Shown in pieces: positions 17,540 to 27,393 of a stretch of 64,000 nucleotides of DNA. How positions within the stretch are numbered: the stretch's first letter is position 1; every line of letters begins with the position of its first letter. The DNA is from an uncultured Gemmatimonadales bacterium (GTDB lineage Bacteria; Gemmatimonadota; Gemmatimonadetes; Gemmatimonadales; GWC2-71-9), in the NCBI GenBank assembly GCA_963779755.1, contig CAVZZO010000003.1, forward strand, positions 1,024,001 to 1,088,000, written 5' to 3'. Under the pieces are notes generated by a model. The model worked only from the letters and a program-made list of their open reading frames with translations. It ran no database searches and was not told the DNA's origin. The position numbers and the translations under genes were made by a program.

Positions 17540-18646
17540 TCAGGGGCCGGGGACTAGGGACAGGCTTCCACGCAGGACCGCCTCCACGATCCGCTCGCCG
17601 GCCCGGCCATCCCAGAATTCGGGCCGGCGGGGGCTCGCGGGATGGGCTCCGGCCTGGAGCACGCGGTCCACCGCCGTGCCGATGGCCTCCCGGCTGGAGG
17701 CCACCAGCCGGTTGGTCCCCTCGGTAATGGTCACCGGACGCTCGGTGCCGGGGCGGGCGGTGAGACAGGGCACGCCCAGCACCGTGGTCTCCTCCTGCAG
17801 GCCGCCGGAATCCGTGAGGACCAGGCGGGCCCGGTCCACCAGCGAGATGGTCTCGAGATAGCCCAGGGGGTCGGTGAGCCGTACCCGGGCGGCCAGCGCA
17901 CCCAGGCCGAACTCTTCCATGCGGGCGCGGGTGCGCGGGTGGATGGGAAAGACCACCTCCATGCGGCCGGCCAGATCGTCCAGGGCCTGGAGGATCTGGC
18001 TCAGCGTGGCGGGGTCGTCCACGTTGGACGGGCGGTGAAAGGTCACGAAAGCATAGGGGCCGCCGGCCACCCCCAGGCGCTCCGGCGCCCGGGCGGCCCG
18101 GGAGCGCTCCAGCAGATAGAGCAGCGTATCGACCATGACGTTGCCCACGAACTCGATACGACCGGGAGGAATGCCCTCGGCCGCCAGATTGGCATCGCCG
18201 TCCCGGCTGGGTGTGAGGCAGAGGTCGGCCAGCTGGTCGGTCAGGATGCGGTTCAGCTCCTCGGGCATGGTGCGGTCGCGGCTGCGCAGCCCCGCCTCGA
18301 CGTGGGCGATGCGGGTGCCCCGCTTGGCGGCCACCAGGGCGCACGCCACCGTGGAGTTGACGTCGCCATAGACCAGCACCCAGTCGGGCGCGTGCGCCTC
18401 CAGCACCGGCTCGAAGGCGATCATGATCCGGCCGGTCTGCACCGCGTGGCTGGCGGAGCCCACCTCGAGATTCACGTCCGGCTCCGGCAGATCCAGCTCG
18501 CGGAAGAACGTCTCGCTCATGGCGGCGTCATAGTGCTGGCCGGTGTGCACCAGCACCTGCTCGAGGCCGGCGGCGCGCGCGGCGCGCAGCACCGGCGCCA
18601 CCTTCATGAAATTGGGACGGGCACCGACGATGTGGAGGAGCTTCAT
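17540..18646 (-). CDS. wecB: UDP-GlcNAc 2-epimerase (non-hydrolysing)
   Basis: VGARPNFMK, HTGQHYD, GDVNST, HVEAGLRS, MPEELNR, TDSGGLQEE, TERP. Confidence 0.93.
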   Translation of the reverse strand: MKLLHIVGARPNFMKVAPVLRAARAAGLEQVLVHTGQHYDAAMSETFFRELDLPEPDVNLEVGSASHAVQTGRIMIAFEPVLEAHAPDWVLVYGDVNSTVACALVAAKRGTRIAHVEAGLRSRDRTMPEELNRILTDQLADLCLTPSRDGDANLAAEGIPPGRIEFVGNVMVDTLLYLLERSRAARAPERLGVAGGPYAFVTFHRPSNVDDPATLSQILQALDDLAGRMEVVFPIHPRTRARMEEFGLGALAARVRLTDPLGYLETISLVDRARLVLTDSGGLQEETTVLGVPCLTARPGTERPVTITEGTNRLVASSREAIGTAVDRVLQAGAHPASPRRPEFWDGRAGERIVEAVLRGSLSLVPGP

Positions 18647-18650
18647 TGCG

Positions 18651-18797
18651 GTGAGCGGTGAGCAGTGAGCGGTGAGCGGGAGACCGGATGGTCCACCGCG
18701 CTGGCGGGTACGGATCGGAGCAACCGGGAAACCGGGCCAGCCTCCCGGGAGGGGTGGAAGGTGATCGCCCGCTCACCGCTCACTGCTCACCGTTCAC
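18651..18797. repeat. 29-bp inverted repeats built from GTGAGCG heptamers flanking ~89 bp
   Basis: 18651-18679 GTGAGCGGTGAGCAGTGAGCGGTGAGCGG versus 18769-18797 CCGCTCACCGCTCACTGCTCACCGTTCAC (one mismatch). Confidence 0.85.
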
Positions 18798-19954
18798 AGT
18801 TGCGAGGCCTGCGGCAGATCCAGCTCGAAGAAGAACCGCGTTCCTGCGTTCGCGCCGGTCTCCACCTGCAGCTCCGAGCCCATGGCTTCGACCAGCTTGC
18901 GGCAAATGGAAAGGCCCAGGCCGGCACCGGAGAACTTGTAGTCGCCCCCGCCCTGGCGGCGGCGGAAGGGCTGAAAGAGGGTCTGCATGGCCTCGGGCGG
19001 AATCCCCCGGCCGGTATCGTGCACGGAGAACTCGACCCCGGTGCGCGATGTCTGGGCGGCGATGACCTTGACCATACCCTCGTCGGTGAACTTCAGGGCG
19101 TTGGTGGTGAGGTTGAGCAGCACCCGGCTCAGCGCCACCGGATGGCCGATGCGGAAATCGGACTCGGGCGGCACCAGCTGCAGCGAGAGTCCCTTCTCCT
19201 CGGCGATGGGCAGGACGATATCGCGGACCGACTCGAGAATGTCGTGAACCGAGAAGGGGATCGGATCGAGATCTACCAGGCGGTCGCCGCCGCGGGCCAG
19301 CTCGATCACGTCGCTGGCCATCGCGCTCAGGCCGAAGGCAGCGCTGTAGATGAGCCCGAGCTGGCGTTCCTGCACCTCGTTGATGGAACCGCTGCGGCCG
19401 CGCTGCAGCGTCTCGCCCAGGAAGAGAATGGAGGTGAGGGGCGAACGGATGTCGTGGGCCACCTCGACCACCAGCTCCAGCCCCTGCGGCCCGGACAGCT
19501 TGTCGACCATTTCCTGCGACCACCCGGGTTGCAGGCGCTCGTGGATCTGCTCCATGGCGCTGAGCACCCGGAGCAGGGCGTCGCCCGGCGGGGCGGTACC
19601 CTGCTGCTCCACCTCGGCCAGAAATTCCCGCCGGAGCAGGTGCAACAGCTCGCGGGCCACCGCCGCGCGGCCGGTATCGGCCAGTTCGGGCTCTTCGCCC
19701 TGAAGAACCTGGCGCAGCCCCCGGACCAGCCCGGTACAGGGGCAGTCGGATTCGGGCTCGGCCGGCCCGTCCGCCCGGGAGGCCCACTCGGCCAGGACCC
19801 GGACCCGGGCCCGTTCCAGCGCCTCGAGGAGGCGATCGGCCGCCCCCGGGCCGCCGGCCTCGTCGGGGCGCAGGGCTGCGCGCGCGGCCCCGCCCGCCCC
19901 TTCCGGGGCGCGCCGGGCTACACGCGTACGCTCATCCGCCGTTCGAGGGCCCAC
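18794..19954 (-). CDS. Soluble histidine kinase (HisKA + HATPase_c)
   Basis: H-box VAHDIRSPL, N-box NLTTNALKFT, DTGRGIP, F-box, GAGLGLSIC; no transmembrane stretch seen. Confidence 0.88.
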   Translation of the reverse strand: MGPRTADERTRVARRAPEGAGGAARAALRPDEAGGPGAADRLLEALERARVRVLAEWASRADGPAEPESDCPCTGLVRGLRQVLQGEEPELADTGRAAVARELLHLLRREFLAEVEQQGTAPPGDALLRVLSAMEQIHERLQPGWSQEMVDKLSGPQGLELVVEVAHDIRSPLTSILFLGETLQRGRSGSINEVQERQLGLIYSAAFGLSAMASDVIELARGGDRLVDLDPIPFSVHDILESVRDIVLPIAEEKGLSLQLVPPESDFRIGHPVALSRVLLNLTTNALKFTDEGMVKVIAAQTSRTGVEFSVHDTGRGIPPEAMQTLFQPFRRRQGGGDYKFSGAGLGLSICRKLVEAMGSELQVETGANAGTRFFFELDLPQASQL

Positions 19955-19964
19955 GCAGCTGCCT

Positions 19965-21491
19965 TCAGTCGCTGTTGCCAGTGATACCTTCGCGATTAAA
20001 TCTATGCTTGTCCATCAGCCGGTACAGGGTGGTCCGGTCGATACTGGCCAGCCGGGCCGCCTTGGACATGTTGCCCCCGGCTCGCGACACCAGACGAGTA
20101 AGGTATTCCCGCTCGAACTGGGCCACGATCTGGTCCTTGGCAACGTGATAGGCATCCTCCATCACCCCGGCTCCGAGACCGGACTCCACCGGCCACTGCT
20201 CGGAATCTTCATAGATGGGGATATCATCCGGCTGGATGTTCTGGTTGGGCTCGGCCAGCACGGCAACGTGCTCGATCACGTTCTGCAGCTCGCGCACATT
20301 CCCCCGCCAGGGCCGGGAGCGCAGAAAGGCGATGCTGGCCTCGCTCAAGGTGGGGATGCGGTCTCCCATCTGCCGGTGGCGCTGCCAGTAGTAGGTGAGG
20401 AAGTGGTTCGCCAGCAGGGAAATGTCCTCCTGCCGCTTGCGCAGAGGGGGCAGCCGGATGGGCACCACCTGCAGCCGATAGAAGAGGTCGCCGCGCAGGA
20501 CGCCGGTATTGACCGCATCCTGCGGGTCCCGGTTGGTGGCCGAGATGAACCGCACATCCACCACCGCATCCTGCTGCTCGCTGCCCACCCGCCGCACCAC
20601 GCCGTCCTGGATGACGCGCAGCAGTTTGGCCTGCAACGGGAGGCTCATCTCGGTCAGCTCGTCCAGGAAGAGCGTCCCGCCGTTGGTGGTCTCCAGCAGG
20701 CCGGGCTTGTCGCGGTCCGCGCCGGTGAAGGCGCCCTTGCGGTGCCCGAACATCTCGGACTCGAGCAGGGGTTCGGGGAGGGCGGCGCAGTTGATGGGCA
20801 TCAGGGTCCGGCTGGCGCGCCGGCTGTTCTGATGGATGAACTGGGCAATGACCTCCTTGCCGGTCCCGCTCTCGCCGCTGATCAGCACACTGGCATCGGT
20901 GGGCGCCACCTTGCGGGCCAGTTCCACCGCCTTTCGGAAGAGGGGCGAAATCCCGATCAGCGCGATGCTCTCGCTGTGCCCATGCTGGTTCATCAGCTGC
21001 AAGCGCAGCTCGCGCGTCTCCCGCGAGACCATCACCGCGTGCGAGGCCCGCCCGATCAGCACCTGCAGGTGCGTAGCGGAGAAGGGTTTGGGCAGATAGT
21101 CCCACGCGCCGGCCCGCAACGCCTCGATGCTGCTGGAGACGCTGGGGTTTCCGGTCATGACCACCACGATGGTGTCCTTGTTGGCCTGGAGCGTCGCGCG
21201 GAGGATGTCCATGCCGGAGCACTGCGACATGTACAGGTCCACCAGCATGATATCGAACCGGCGGCGTTTGACGGTATCCAGAGCCTCTTCGCCCCGGCCG
21301 ATCAGCGTGACATTGTAGCCGTCCATCTGCAGCACGCTGGCGCAGCTTTCCCGGAGTGTCCGCTCGTCATCCACAACCAGCACCTTGATGCTGGCCTTTA
21401 CCTCCGGAGGGATGGACAGCGGGTCGCGACCGGGCGCGTCAGGCGCTGAATCACCGACCCGGCCGTGCGGCTCGGCAAGCGAGGAACCCAT
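19965..21491 (-). CDS. Sigma54-dependent response regulator (REC-AAA+-Fis HTH, NtrC/PrsR-like)
   Basis: VLVVDDE, LVDLYM, YLPKPF; GESGTGKE, ESEMFGHRKGAFTGA, LFLDEL, WRGNVRELQN; GNMSKAARLASIDRTTLYRL. Confidence 0.93.
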   Translation of the reverse strand: MGSSLAEPHGRVGDSAPDAPGRDPLSIPPEVKASIKVLVVDDERTLRESCASVLQMDGYNVTLIGRGEEALDTVKRRRFDIMLVDLYMSQCSGMDILRATLQANKDTIVVVMTGNPSVSSSIEALRAGAWDYLPKPFSATHLQVLIGRASHAVMVSRETRELRLQLMNQHGHSESIALIGISPLFRKAVELARKVAPTDASVLISGESGTGKEVIAQFIHQNSRRASRTLMPINCAALPEPLLESEMFGHRKGAFTGADRDKPGLLETTNGGTLFLDELTEMSLPLQAKLLRVIQDGVVRRVGSEQQDAVVDVRFISATNRDPQDAVNTGVLRGDLFYRLQVVPIRLPPLRKRQEDISLLANHFLTYYWQRHRQMGDRIPTLSEASIAFLRSRPWRGNVRELQNVIEHVAVLAEPNQNIQPDDIPIYEDSEQWPVESGLGAGVMEDAYHVAKDQIVAQFEREYLTRLVSRAGGNMSKAARLASIDRTTLYRLMDKHRFNREGITGNSD

Positions 21492-21682
21492 GGGCATCTC
21501 CTTGGTACGTCATCAGAAACAGACTGCTTGGCCTGGCCAGCGGCTGGAACGGGGACACCCCGGGATCCGGGCGTCCCCGCAGGACTGTTTCAAGGATTGT
21601 GCGAGAATCCCACAAAGCACCGGGAGGTGATGGAGAAAGGGTCCAAGTCAGGCAATAGCGTGTGATTAGGACCACAGTCACA

Positions 21683-21719
21683 TGTGGTAAACTAGCCACA
21701 GAGTGGCTAACCGGCAACA
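21683..21719. promoter_or_regulatory. Tandem palindromic enhancer-like sites
   Basis: TGTGGTAAACTAGCCACA (21683-21700) and AGTGGCTAACCGGCAACA (21702-21719) in the divergent regulator/wzc intergenic region. Confidence 0.65.
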
Positions 21720-21806
21720 ACAGGGCGGCCCCGGGTTCCCGGAATCCTTGCAAAGTCCGGGACCCCGGCGGGAACGTGACCTCGACCCTTGACCAGGTCC
21801 CCGCCG

Positions 21807-21822
21807 CGGTATCTCCTTTGCG
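21807..21822 (+). promoter_or_regulatory. Sigma54 -24/-12 promoter candidate for wzc
   Basis: CGGTATCTCCTTTGCG = GG-N10-GC with TTGC. Confidence 0.55.
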
Positions 21823-21887
21823 GTACAGAGACAGACCCCGGCAAATGCACGCCGGGAAGGCCAGTCCCCATGGGGAGCTGCAACTCA

Positions 21888-24299
21888 ATGACAGGTAATT
21901 ATCTGCCGCCGCCCAAGCCGGGTGCGGACCTGGAGGTCCGCACCGACCAGGCGCTCCAGTATTCCGAGCCGTACCCGCTGGCCCCCGCCGAGCCCCCGGA
22001 GGAGGGGGTCAACTGGGGTCGCTATATCGCGGCTCTGGGGCGGTACAAGTGGCTGATGGTGTTGATCGTCCTGCTGGGCACCGGGATCGGCGTCGGCATC
22101 ACCCAGTTCATCAAGCCCGAATACATGGCCAGATCGACGTTATGGATCGACAGCCAGGGCGGCAAGAACGGCCCCATTCAGGCCGGGAACCTGGTCCAGG
22201 GGACGGACTGGCTCCAGTTGCTGCGGAGTTATCAGGTGGTGGACTCCGTCGTCCTGCGCCTGGGGCTGTTCGTGCAGCCCCGGGACGCGGAGGATTCCGT
22301 GGCGTTCCGCGGGTTTTCGCTGAAGCAACGCTTCTATCCCGGGAAATACCAGCTCCGGACGGACGAATCGGGCCGGCGCTATACCCTCATCAATGAAGAC
22401 GGCATCGAGGTGGATCACGGTGCGGTGGGAGACTCGATCGGCCGGCCTGTCGGGTTCCTGTGGCACCCCTCTCCTCGCGCCCTCAAGGCGGACCGGACGA
22501 TCAAGTTCAAGGTCCTCACCCCTCGGGACGCCTCCACCGATCTCATGACCCGGGTGGGGACCTCGGTAGCGGGGCTCGACACCCGCTCGGGTCCGGGCGG
22601 TCCCACCTTTCTGAAGGTGACCCTGACCGACCCCGATCCGTCCCGGGCGGCGGTCACGCTCAACATGCTCGACACCCAGTTCGTGAACATCACGGCGGAC
22701 TTGAAAAACCGCCAGCTTCGCGAGCTGTCGCTCATCCTGCAGAGCCAGCTCGATACGGTGGCGCAGCAGCTGCACGATGCCGAGGAGCGCCTCAAGAGTT
22801 ACGAGATCCAGGTCATCACCGAGCCGACGCAGGACGTCGCCATGGCGCCCGGTGTGGCGGCGACGCAGGCGCCGGTCCTGGGAACGTACTTCCAGCAGAA
22901 GACCCAGCTGGAGCAGCTCCGGAATGACCGCCAGGCCCTGGAAAGCGTGCTGTCGCGCCTGAAGAGCGGCGCGCAGACGGTGGATGCCTTCCAGACCATT
23001 CCGGTGGTGCGGACGGCGCCGAATCTGAGCGGCGCCCTGCTGGAGCTGCAGCAGTCGGAAGCGGAGCTGCGGGCCCTGCGCTACCGGTATACCGACGAGC
23101 ACAAGCCGGTGCAGGACGTCATGCAGCGGATCACCGAGCTCAAGACCCAGACGATCCCGGCCCTGGCAACTGCGCTGGCCTCGCAGCTCAAGATCCAGGA
23201 AGGGGAGATGCAGAAGCAGATCGCCGGGGCATCGCAGGAGCTCCGCGCCATTCCCAGCCGGTCCATCGAGGAAGCGCGGCTGAGCCGCGAGGTCACCGCG
23301 AAACAGGCGCTGTTCCAGGAAATTCAGAGCCGTTACGAAACCAACAAGCTGGCGGTGGCGAGCGCGGTCAACGACGTCACCATTCTGGATGAGGCGCGGC
23401 CCCCGCTGAAGCCCACCAGCAACACCGCGCCCAAGATCATCCTGATGGCGTTTGCCGCAAGCCTGGGCCTGGCGGTTGCCCTGGCACTGCTGCTGGATCA
23501 GCTGGACAAGCGGTTCCGCTATCCGGAGCAGGTGAGCCAGGAGCTGGGGCTGCCGATTCTCGGCGCGGTGCCGGCCCTCCGGCGCGGCTCCAGGCGGCAG
23601 CTGAACTCGGAAGAAGCCTCGCAGGTGGTCGAGGCGTTCCGGACGGTGCGCCTCAACGTGGCCCACTCCTACGGGGCCGGACCCATTCTGCTCACCGTCT
23701 CCAGCCCCGGGCCCGGCGACGGTAAATCGCTGGTGTCATCCAACCTGGCGCTGTCGTTCGCCGAGGCGGGCTATCGCACCCTGCTGGTGGACGGGGACAT
23801 TCGCCGGGGAGAGTTGCATCGCATGTTTGCGATCGACCGCCGCCCGGGGCTGCTGGATTACCTCATGGGCGACGCCGGGATCGACGACCTGGTTCGCCAG
23901 TCCGGCCATGAGGGCCTGTCCATCATCCCCTGCGGGACGCGGCGGCAGCAGGGGCCGGAGCTCCTGGGCTCCGCCGCCATGGGCCAGCTCATGGGAGAAA
24001 TGAAGTCCCGCTACAACGCCATCATCGTGGACAGTCCGCCGCTGGGCGCCGGGATCGATCCCTTCGTGCTCGGCACCATGACGGGCAACATGCTGGTGGT
24101 CTTCCGCTCGGGCGAGACCGACAAGGACATGGCCCAGCAGAAGCTGCGCCTGCTGGACCGGCTGCCGGTTCGGGTTCTGGGCGCGGTGCTGAACGAGATT
24201 CGGGCGGAGGGGGTCTACCGCTACTACTCCTACCTGTACGGCTATACCTCCGACGAGGAAATCCCGCCGCAGATCGCCGCGAGCGAGAAGGTCAGCTGA
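21888..24299 (+). CDS. wzc: Polysaccharide co-polymerase / BY-kinase (Wzc family)
   Basis: Two TM helices flanking a coiled-coil; EAFRTVRLN, Walker A GPGDGKS, DGDIRR, IVDSPP, C-terminal Tyr cluster YRYYSYLYGY. Confidence 0.9.
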   Translation: MTGNYLPPPKPGADLEVRTDQALQYSEPYPLAPAEPPEEGVNWGRYIAALGRYKWLMVLIVLLGTGIGVGITQFIKPEYMARSTLWIDSQGGKNGPIQAGNLVQGTDWLQLLRSYQVVDSVVLRLGLFVQPRDAEDSVAFRGFSLKQRFYPGKYQLRTDESGRRYTLINEDGIEVDHGAVGDSIGRPVGFLWHPSPRALKADRTIKFKVLTPRDASTDLMTRVGTSVAGLDTRSGPGGPTFLKVTLTDPDPSRAAVTLNMLDTQFVNITADLKNRQLRELSLILQSQLDTVAQQLHDAEERLKSYEIQVITEPTQDVAMAPGVAATQAPVLGTYFQQKTQLEQLRNDRQALESVLSRLKSGAQTVDAFQTIPVVRTAPNLSGALLELQQSEAELRALRYRYTDEHKPVQDVMQRITELKTQTIPALATALASQLKIQEGEMQKQIAGASQELRAIPSRSIEEARLSREVTAKQALFQEIQSRYETNKLAVASAVNDVTILDEARPPLKPTSNTAPKIILMAFAASLGLAVALALLLDQLDKRFRYPEQVSQELGLPILGAVPALRRGSRRQLNSEEASQVVEAFRTVRLNVAHSYGAGPILLTVSSPGPGDGKSLVSSNLALSFAEAGYRTLLVDGDIRRGELHRMFAIDRRPGLLDYLMGDAGIDDLVRQSGHEGLSIIPCGTRRQQGPELLGSAAMGQLMGEMKSRYNAIIVDSPPLGAGIDPFVLGTMTGNMLVVFRSGETDKDMAQQKLRLLDRLPVRVLGAVLNEIRAEGVYRYYSYLYGYTSDEEIPPQIAASEKVS

Positions 24300-25251
24300 G
24301 GGACCTCAGCGGCACCTGCTCGAAGGCTCTGATCCGCTCGCCATTGCCCTCCGACCGCAGGTGGCGGAGGGCGGTGGTGGCGCGCAGCAGCATCTCCACC
24401 GCATCCACCGACGATTCGGCGAAATCCGGTACGGCGCAGTAGCCGGCCCGGATCCGCAGCCGTTGCTCGCCGCCCTCCAGAGGCACCGGTTCCTGTTCCA
24501 GTTGCTCGCCCAGCCGCTGCACCAGCCGCAGTGCGCCCTCCGGCGGCGTGGCCGGGGCCAGCACCGCGAATTCCGAACGCCCCAGCCGGCCGATGGCATC
24601 GGAGGCCCGCCCGGTGCGCCGGATGACATCACCGATGCGCTCGGCCATGCGCGTGGCGGCCTCCTCGTCCGACCCCTCCGGCCCGACGTCTCCCGGCAGC
24701 GGATCGGGGGCAAAGACCACGCAGGCCAGCGCCATATGGCGCCGGAACGCGTCCGCCCCGATCTCCCGGGCACGCCGGGCGAGACCGCGCATGTTGTAGA
24801 AGCCGGTGAGCTGGTCCAGCAGGCTTTCGTCCCGAACCCGATCGGCTTCGAACTTGTTGCGGACGTAGGTCTGGAGCTTCAGCAGCAGTGCCTCGCCATC
24901 CAGGGGCTGCCCCAGGAACTCCCAGGCACCGGCCCGATAGGCATCGAGCCGCTGCACCCGGCCCGAGGGGCCGGCCGTGGTGAGCACGATGGGAACCGTG
25001 GCGCTGATCCGCGGCTCGTCCCGCAACTGCCGGCAGAGATCGACGCCGGACATATCCGACATCTGCGTGTCCAGAATGATCACGTCGGGCTGGGCGGACC
25101 GGGCCCGTTCCAGGGCCTGCTGGCCGGTGTATGCCCGCAGGACGGCATAGCCGTTCGGCGCCAGAATGCTCTCCAGCGAGCGAGCCGACCATTCCTGGTC
25201 ATTAGCGATGAGTACGAGCGGGGGCCGGCTGGATTTCTCGTGGTCGCTCAT
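24292..25251 (-). CDS. REC + degenerate GGDEF-domain protein
   Basis: REC (PDVIILDTQM); DQLTGFYN; RASD-x5-GRSEF in place of RxxD-x5-GGDEF. Confidence 0.82.
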   Translation of the reverse strand: MSDHEKSSRPPLVLIANDQEWSARSLESILAPNGYAVLRAYTGQQALERARSAQPDVIILDTQMSDMSGVDLCRQLRDEPRISATVPIVLTTAGPSGRVQRLDAYRAGAWEFLGQPLDGEALLLKLQTYVRNKFEADRVRDESLLDQLTGFYNMRGLARRAREIGADAFRRHMALACVVFAPDPLPGDVGPEGSDEEAATRMAERIGDVIRRTGRASDAIGRLGRSEFAVLAPATPPEGALRLVQRLGEQLEQEPVPLEGGEQRLRIRAGYCAVPDFAESSVDAVEMLLRATTALRHLRSEGNGERIRAFEQVPLRSLS

Positions 25252-25348
25252 ACACTTTGGCGGGGCGGGTGAGTCGGGACAAGCGCGGCCAGTGCCCAAC
25301 TTCTCCTGCAGGACTCGTGCGGGACCCGCACGACGGCGCAAGACTATA

Positions 25349-25361
25349 CAAGTCATTGATT
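25349..25361 (-). promoter_or_regulatory. IHF-binding site candidate
   Basis: Reverse strand AATCAATGACTTG matches WATCAANNNNTTR. Confidence 0.5.
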
Positions 25362-25583
25362 CCATGCGCAATAACGGCCCGGGGGCCGGCACACCCGGCG
25401 AGGCATCCCTGCCACACCCCGGCAGGCGCGGGCGACGGACGGGACACGATGTCGCGGAAGCGACGACAGAACTGCATGCCGGACCCGGGGCCCGGGCACG
25501 CCTCCTGGTGTACTGCGCCGGCGCACGTGTGATATCCGCAATTGACTGAATCACTTAGAGGGAGTCAGGCGCCAGTCGGCGAC

Positions 25584-25599
25584 TGGCGAGGCTCTTGCG
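25584..25599 (+). promoter_or_regulatory. Sigma54 -24/-12 promoter candidate
   Basis: TGGCGAGGCTCTTGCG = GG-N10-GC. Confidence 0.45.
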
Positions 25600-25813
25600 T
25601 GTGCGTTCTGCCTCACGGATGTGGAACGGATACCGCACCCATGTATCGGCAGCACCACACACCTGGGCAGCGAACGTGGGCGGGATCACTGCCTCGGCAT
25701 CCTAACTGCTGTAGTCTCAACACCAAGTTTCGTCCGAGCGGGGGCTGCCCCGGCCTCGGTTCTAGCACGCAGGATGCACCGGGGGGGGCATGCATATCGG
25801 AAAACTGGATGTG

Positions 25814-26626
25814 ATGAGCCGCCTGTCAGGCCTTGGGCTCGGCGGTCTGCTGACGATCGTGTCCCTCCAGGCGGCCCCGCTGCGGGCACAGACCCCGACC
25901 ACAGACTTCGCCGGTCGGCGCCCGGAAGCCACCCGGGCCGAACTCCAAGCCCGGCTGGACGACATCGAGAAGGTCCTGGCCTCGCCGGCGTACAGCGGGG
26001 ATCTCAAGGACCAGAAGCGGCAGGAAGCCGCCCTGGTCCGGGACCGCCTGGAGAACGGGGACTTCCGGGTGGGCGATCAGATCCAGCTGGCGCTCGCCGT
26101 CCCGGTAGATCCGAATTCCCAGCCGATCAACGGTCTGTTCACGGTGGGCCAGGGCCAGATGCTGGAATTGCCGGGCCTGGACCCGATTCCTCTGCATGGC
26201 GTGCTGCGCTCGGAGCTGGAGAGCTATCTCACCAACTACCTGAGCCGGTTCTTCAAGGAACAGACCGTGCAGGCGCACGGCACCATCCGGCTCCTGGTCA
26301 CGGGTGGCGTGGGCAAGCCGGGCTTCTACCAGCTTCCGCCGGAGACAACCCTGCCCGACGCCATCAATCAGGCCGGCATGGGCCAGCAGACAAAGCTGGC
26401 AGACACGGAAATCAAGCGCGCCGACAAGGTCATCTGGACCAGGGAGCAGGTCAGCGCCGCGGTGCACGATGCAGCAACGCTCGACCAATTGAACCTGCGG
26501 GCGGGGGACGAACTGGTCGTGGGCGAACAGGGCACGAAGGACTGGTGGCATACGCTGCGCACCATCGCCATCGTCCCCGGCCTGATTCTCAGCGTGGTCG
26601 CGCTGGCCAAACTGGCCGGCCTCTAG
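25814..26626 (+). CDS. Polysaccharide export/SLBB-domain protein (Wza-like)
   Basis: Signal peptide; FRVGDQIQL, LELPGLDPIPLHG, VTGGVGKPGFYQL, TLPDAINQAG, LRAGDELVV; C-terminal amphipathic helix. Alternative start at 25790. Confidence 0.75.
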   Translation: MSRLSGLGLGGLLTIVSLQAAPLRAQTPTTDFAGRRPEATRAELQARLDDIEKVLASPAYSGDLKDQKRQEAALVRDRLENGDFRVGDQIQLALAVPVDPNSQPINGLFTVGQGQMLELPGLDPIPLHGVLRSELESYLTNYLSRFFKEQTVQAHGTIRLLVTGGVGKPGFYQLPPETTLPDAINQAGMGQQTKLADTEIKRADKVIWTREQVSAAVHDAATLDQLNLRAGDELVVGEQGTKDWWHTLRTIAIVPGLILSVVALAKLAGL

Positions 26627-26652
26627 GCCTTTCCGGTGGAGGAGGAACAGGC

Positions 26653-27393
26653 ATGGTGCATGCCTCGGGTACGCGGTTCGTGAGAGCGGCTCCGCAGGTA
26701 CGGACGCTTCGTCTGGTCGAAGGGCACGAGCCCGCCATCAGGGTGCGCGCCCGCCATGAGCCCGTGGCCCGGACGGTGAATTTTCTCCTGGCCCTCCTGG
26801 CAATCATCGTGTTGCTGCCGGTGCTGGTGCTCATTGCCGTGCTGGTGAAGATCACCTCCCGCGGGCCGGTGTTCTATACCCAGACGCGGGTGGGGATCGA
26901 CCGGCGTACCGAGCAGGCTTCGGCCCCCAGCCACCGGCGCATTCAGGACCTGGGCGGGCAGGTGTTCACGATCTACAAGTTCCGCACCATGCACGTGAAC
27001 GCCGAACACATTTCCGGGGCGGTCTGGGCCTCCCGGGAGGATCCCCGCGTCACCCGGATCGGCGGCCTGCTGCGCAAGTACCGGCTGGACGAGCTGCCTC
27101 AGCTCCTGAACGTGCTGCTGGGCGACATGAACATCGTCGGCCCCCGGCCCGAACGGCCCAGCATCTTCATGCAGTTGCGGCGCGAGATCCCCGATTACCC
27201 CTGGCGCCAGCGGGCCAAGCCGGGCATCACCGGGCTGGCGCAGATCAACCAGCACTATGATGTCTGCCTCGACGACGTGCGCAACAAGCTCCACTTCGAC
27301 CTGCTCTACCTCGAACGCCAGGGCCTGCTGCAGGATTTCCTCATCATGCTGAAGACCGCTCCGGTCGTACTCTTCAAGCGGGGAGGCTGGTGA
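26653..27393 (+). CDS. Initiating phosphoglycosyl (sugar) transferase
   Basis: GPVFYTQTRVG, YKFRTM, DPRVTRIG, RKYRLDELPQLLNVLLGDMNIVGPRPERP, KPGITGLAQ; GGAGGAGG SD. Confidence 0.92.
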   Translation: MVHASGTRFVRAAPQVRTLRLVEGHEPAIRVRARHEPVARTVNFLLALLAIIVLLPVLVLIAVLVKITSRGPVFYTQTRVGIDRRTEQASAPSHRRIQDLGGQVFTIYKFRTMHVNAEHISGAVWASREDPRVTRIGGLLRKYRLDELPQLLNVLLGDMNIVGPRPERPSIFMQLRREIPDYPWRQRAKPGITGLAQINQHYDVCLDDVRNKLHFDLLYLERQGLLQDFLIMLKTAPVVLFKRGGW

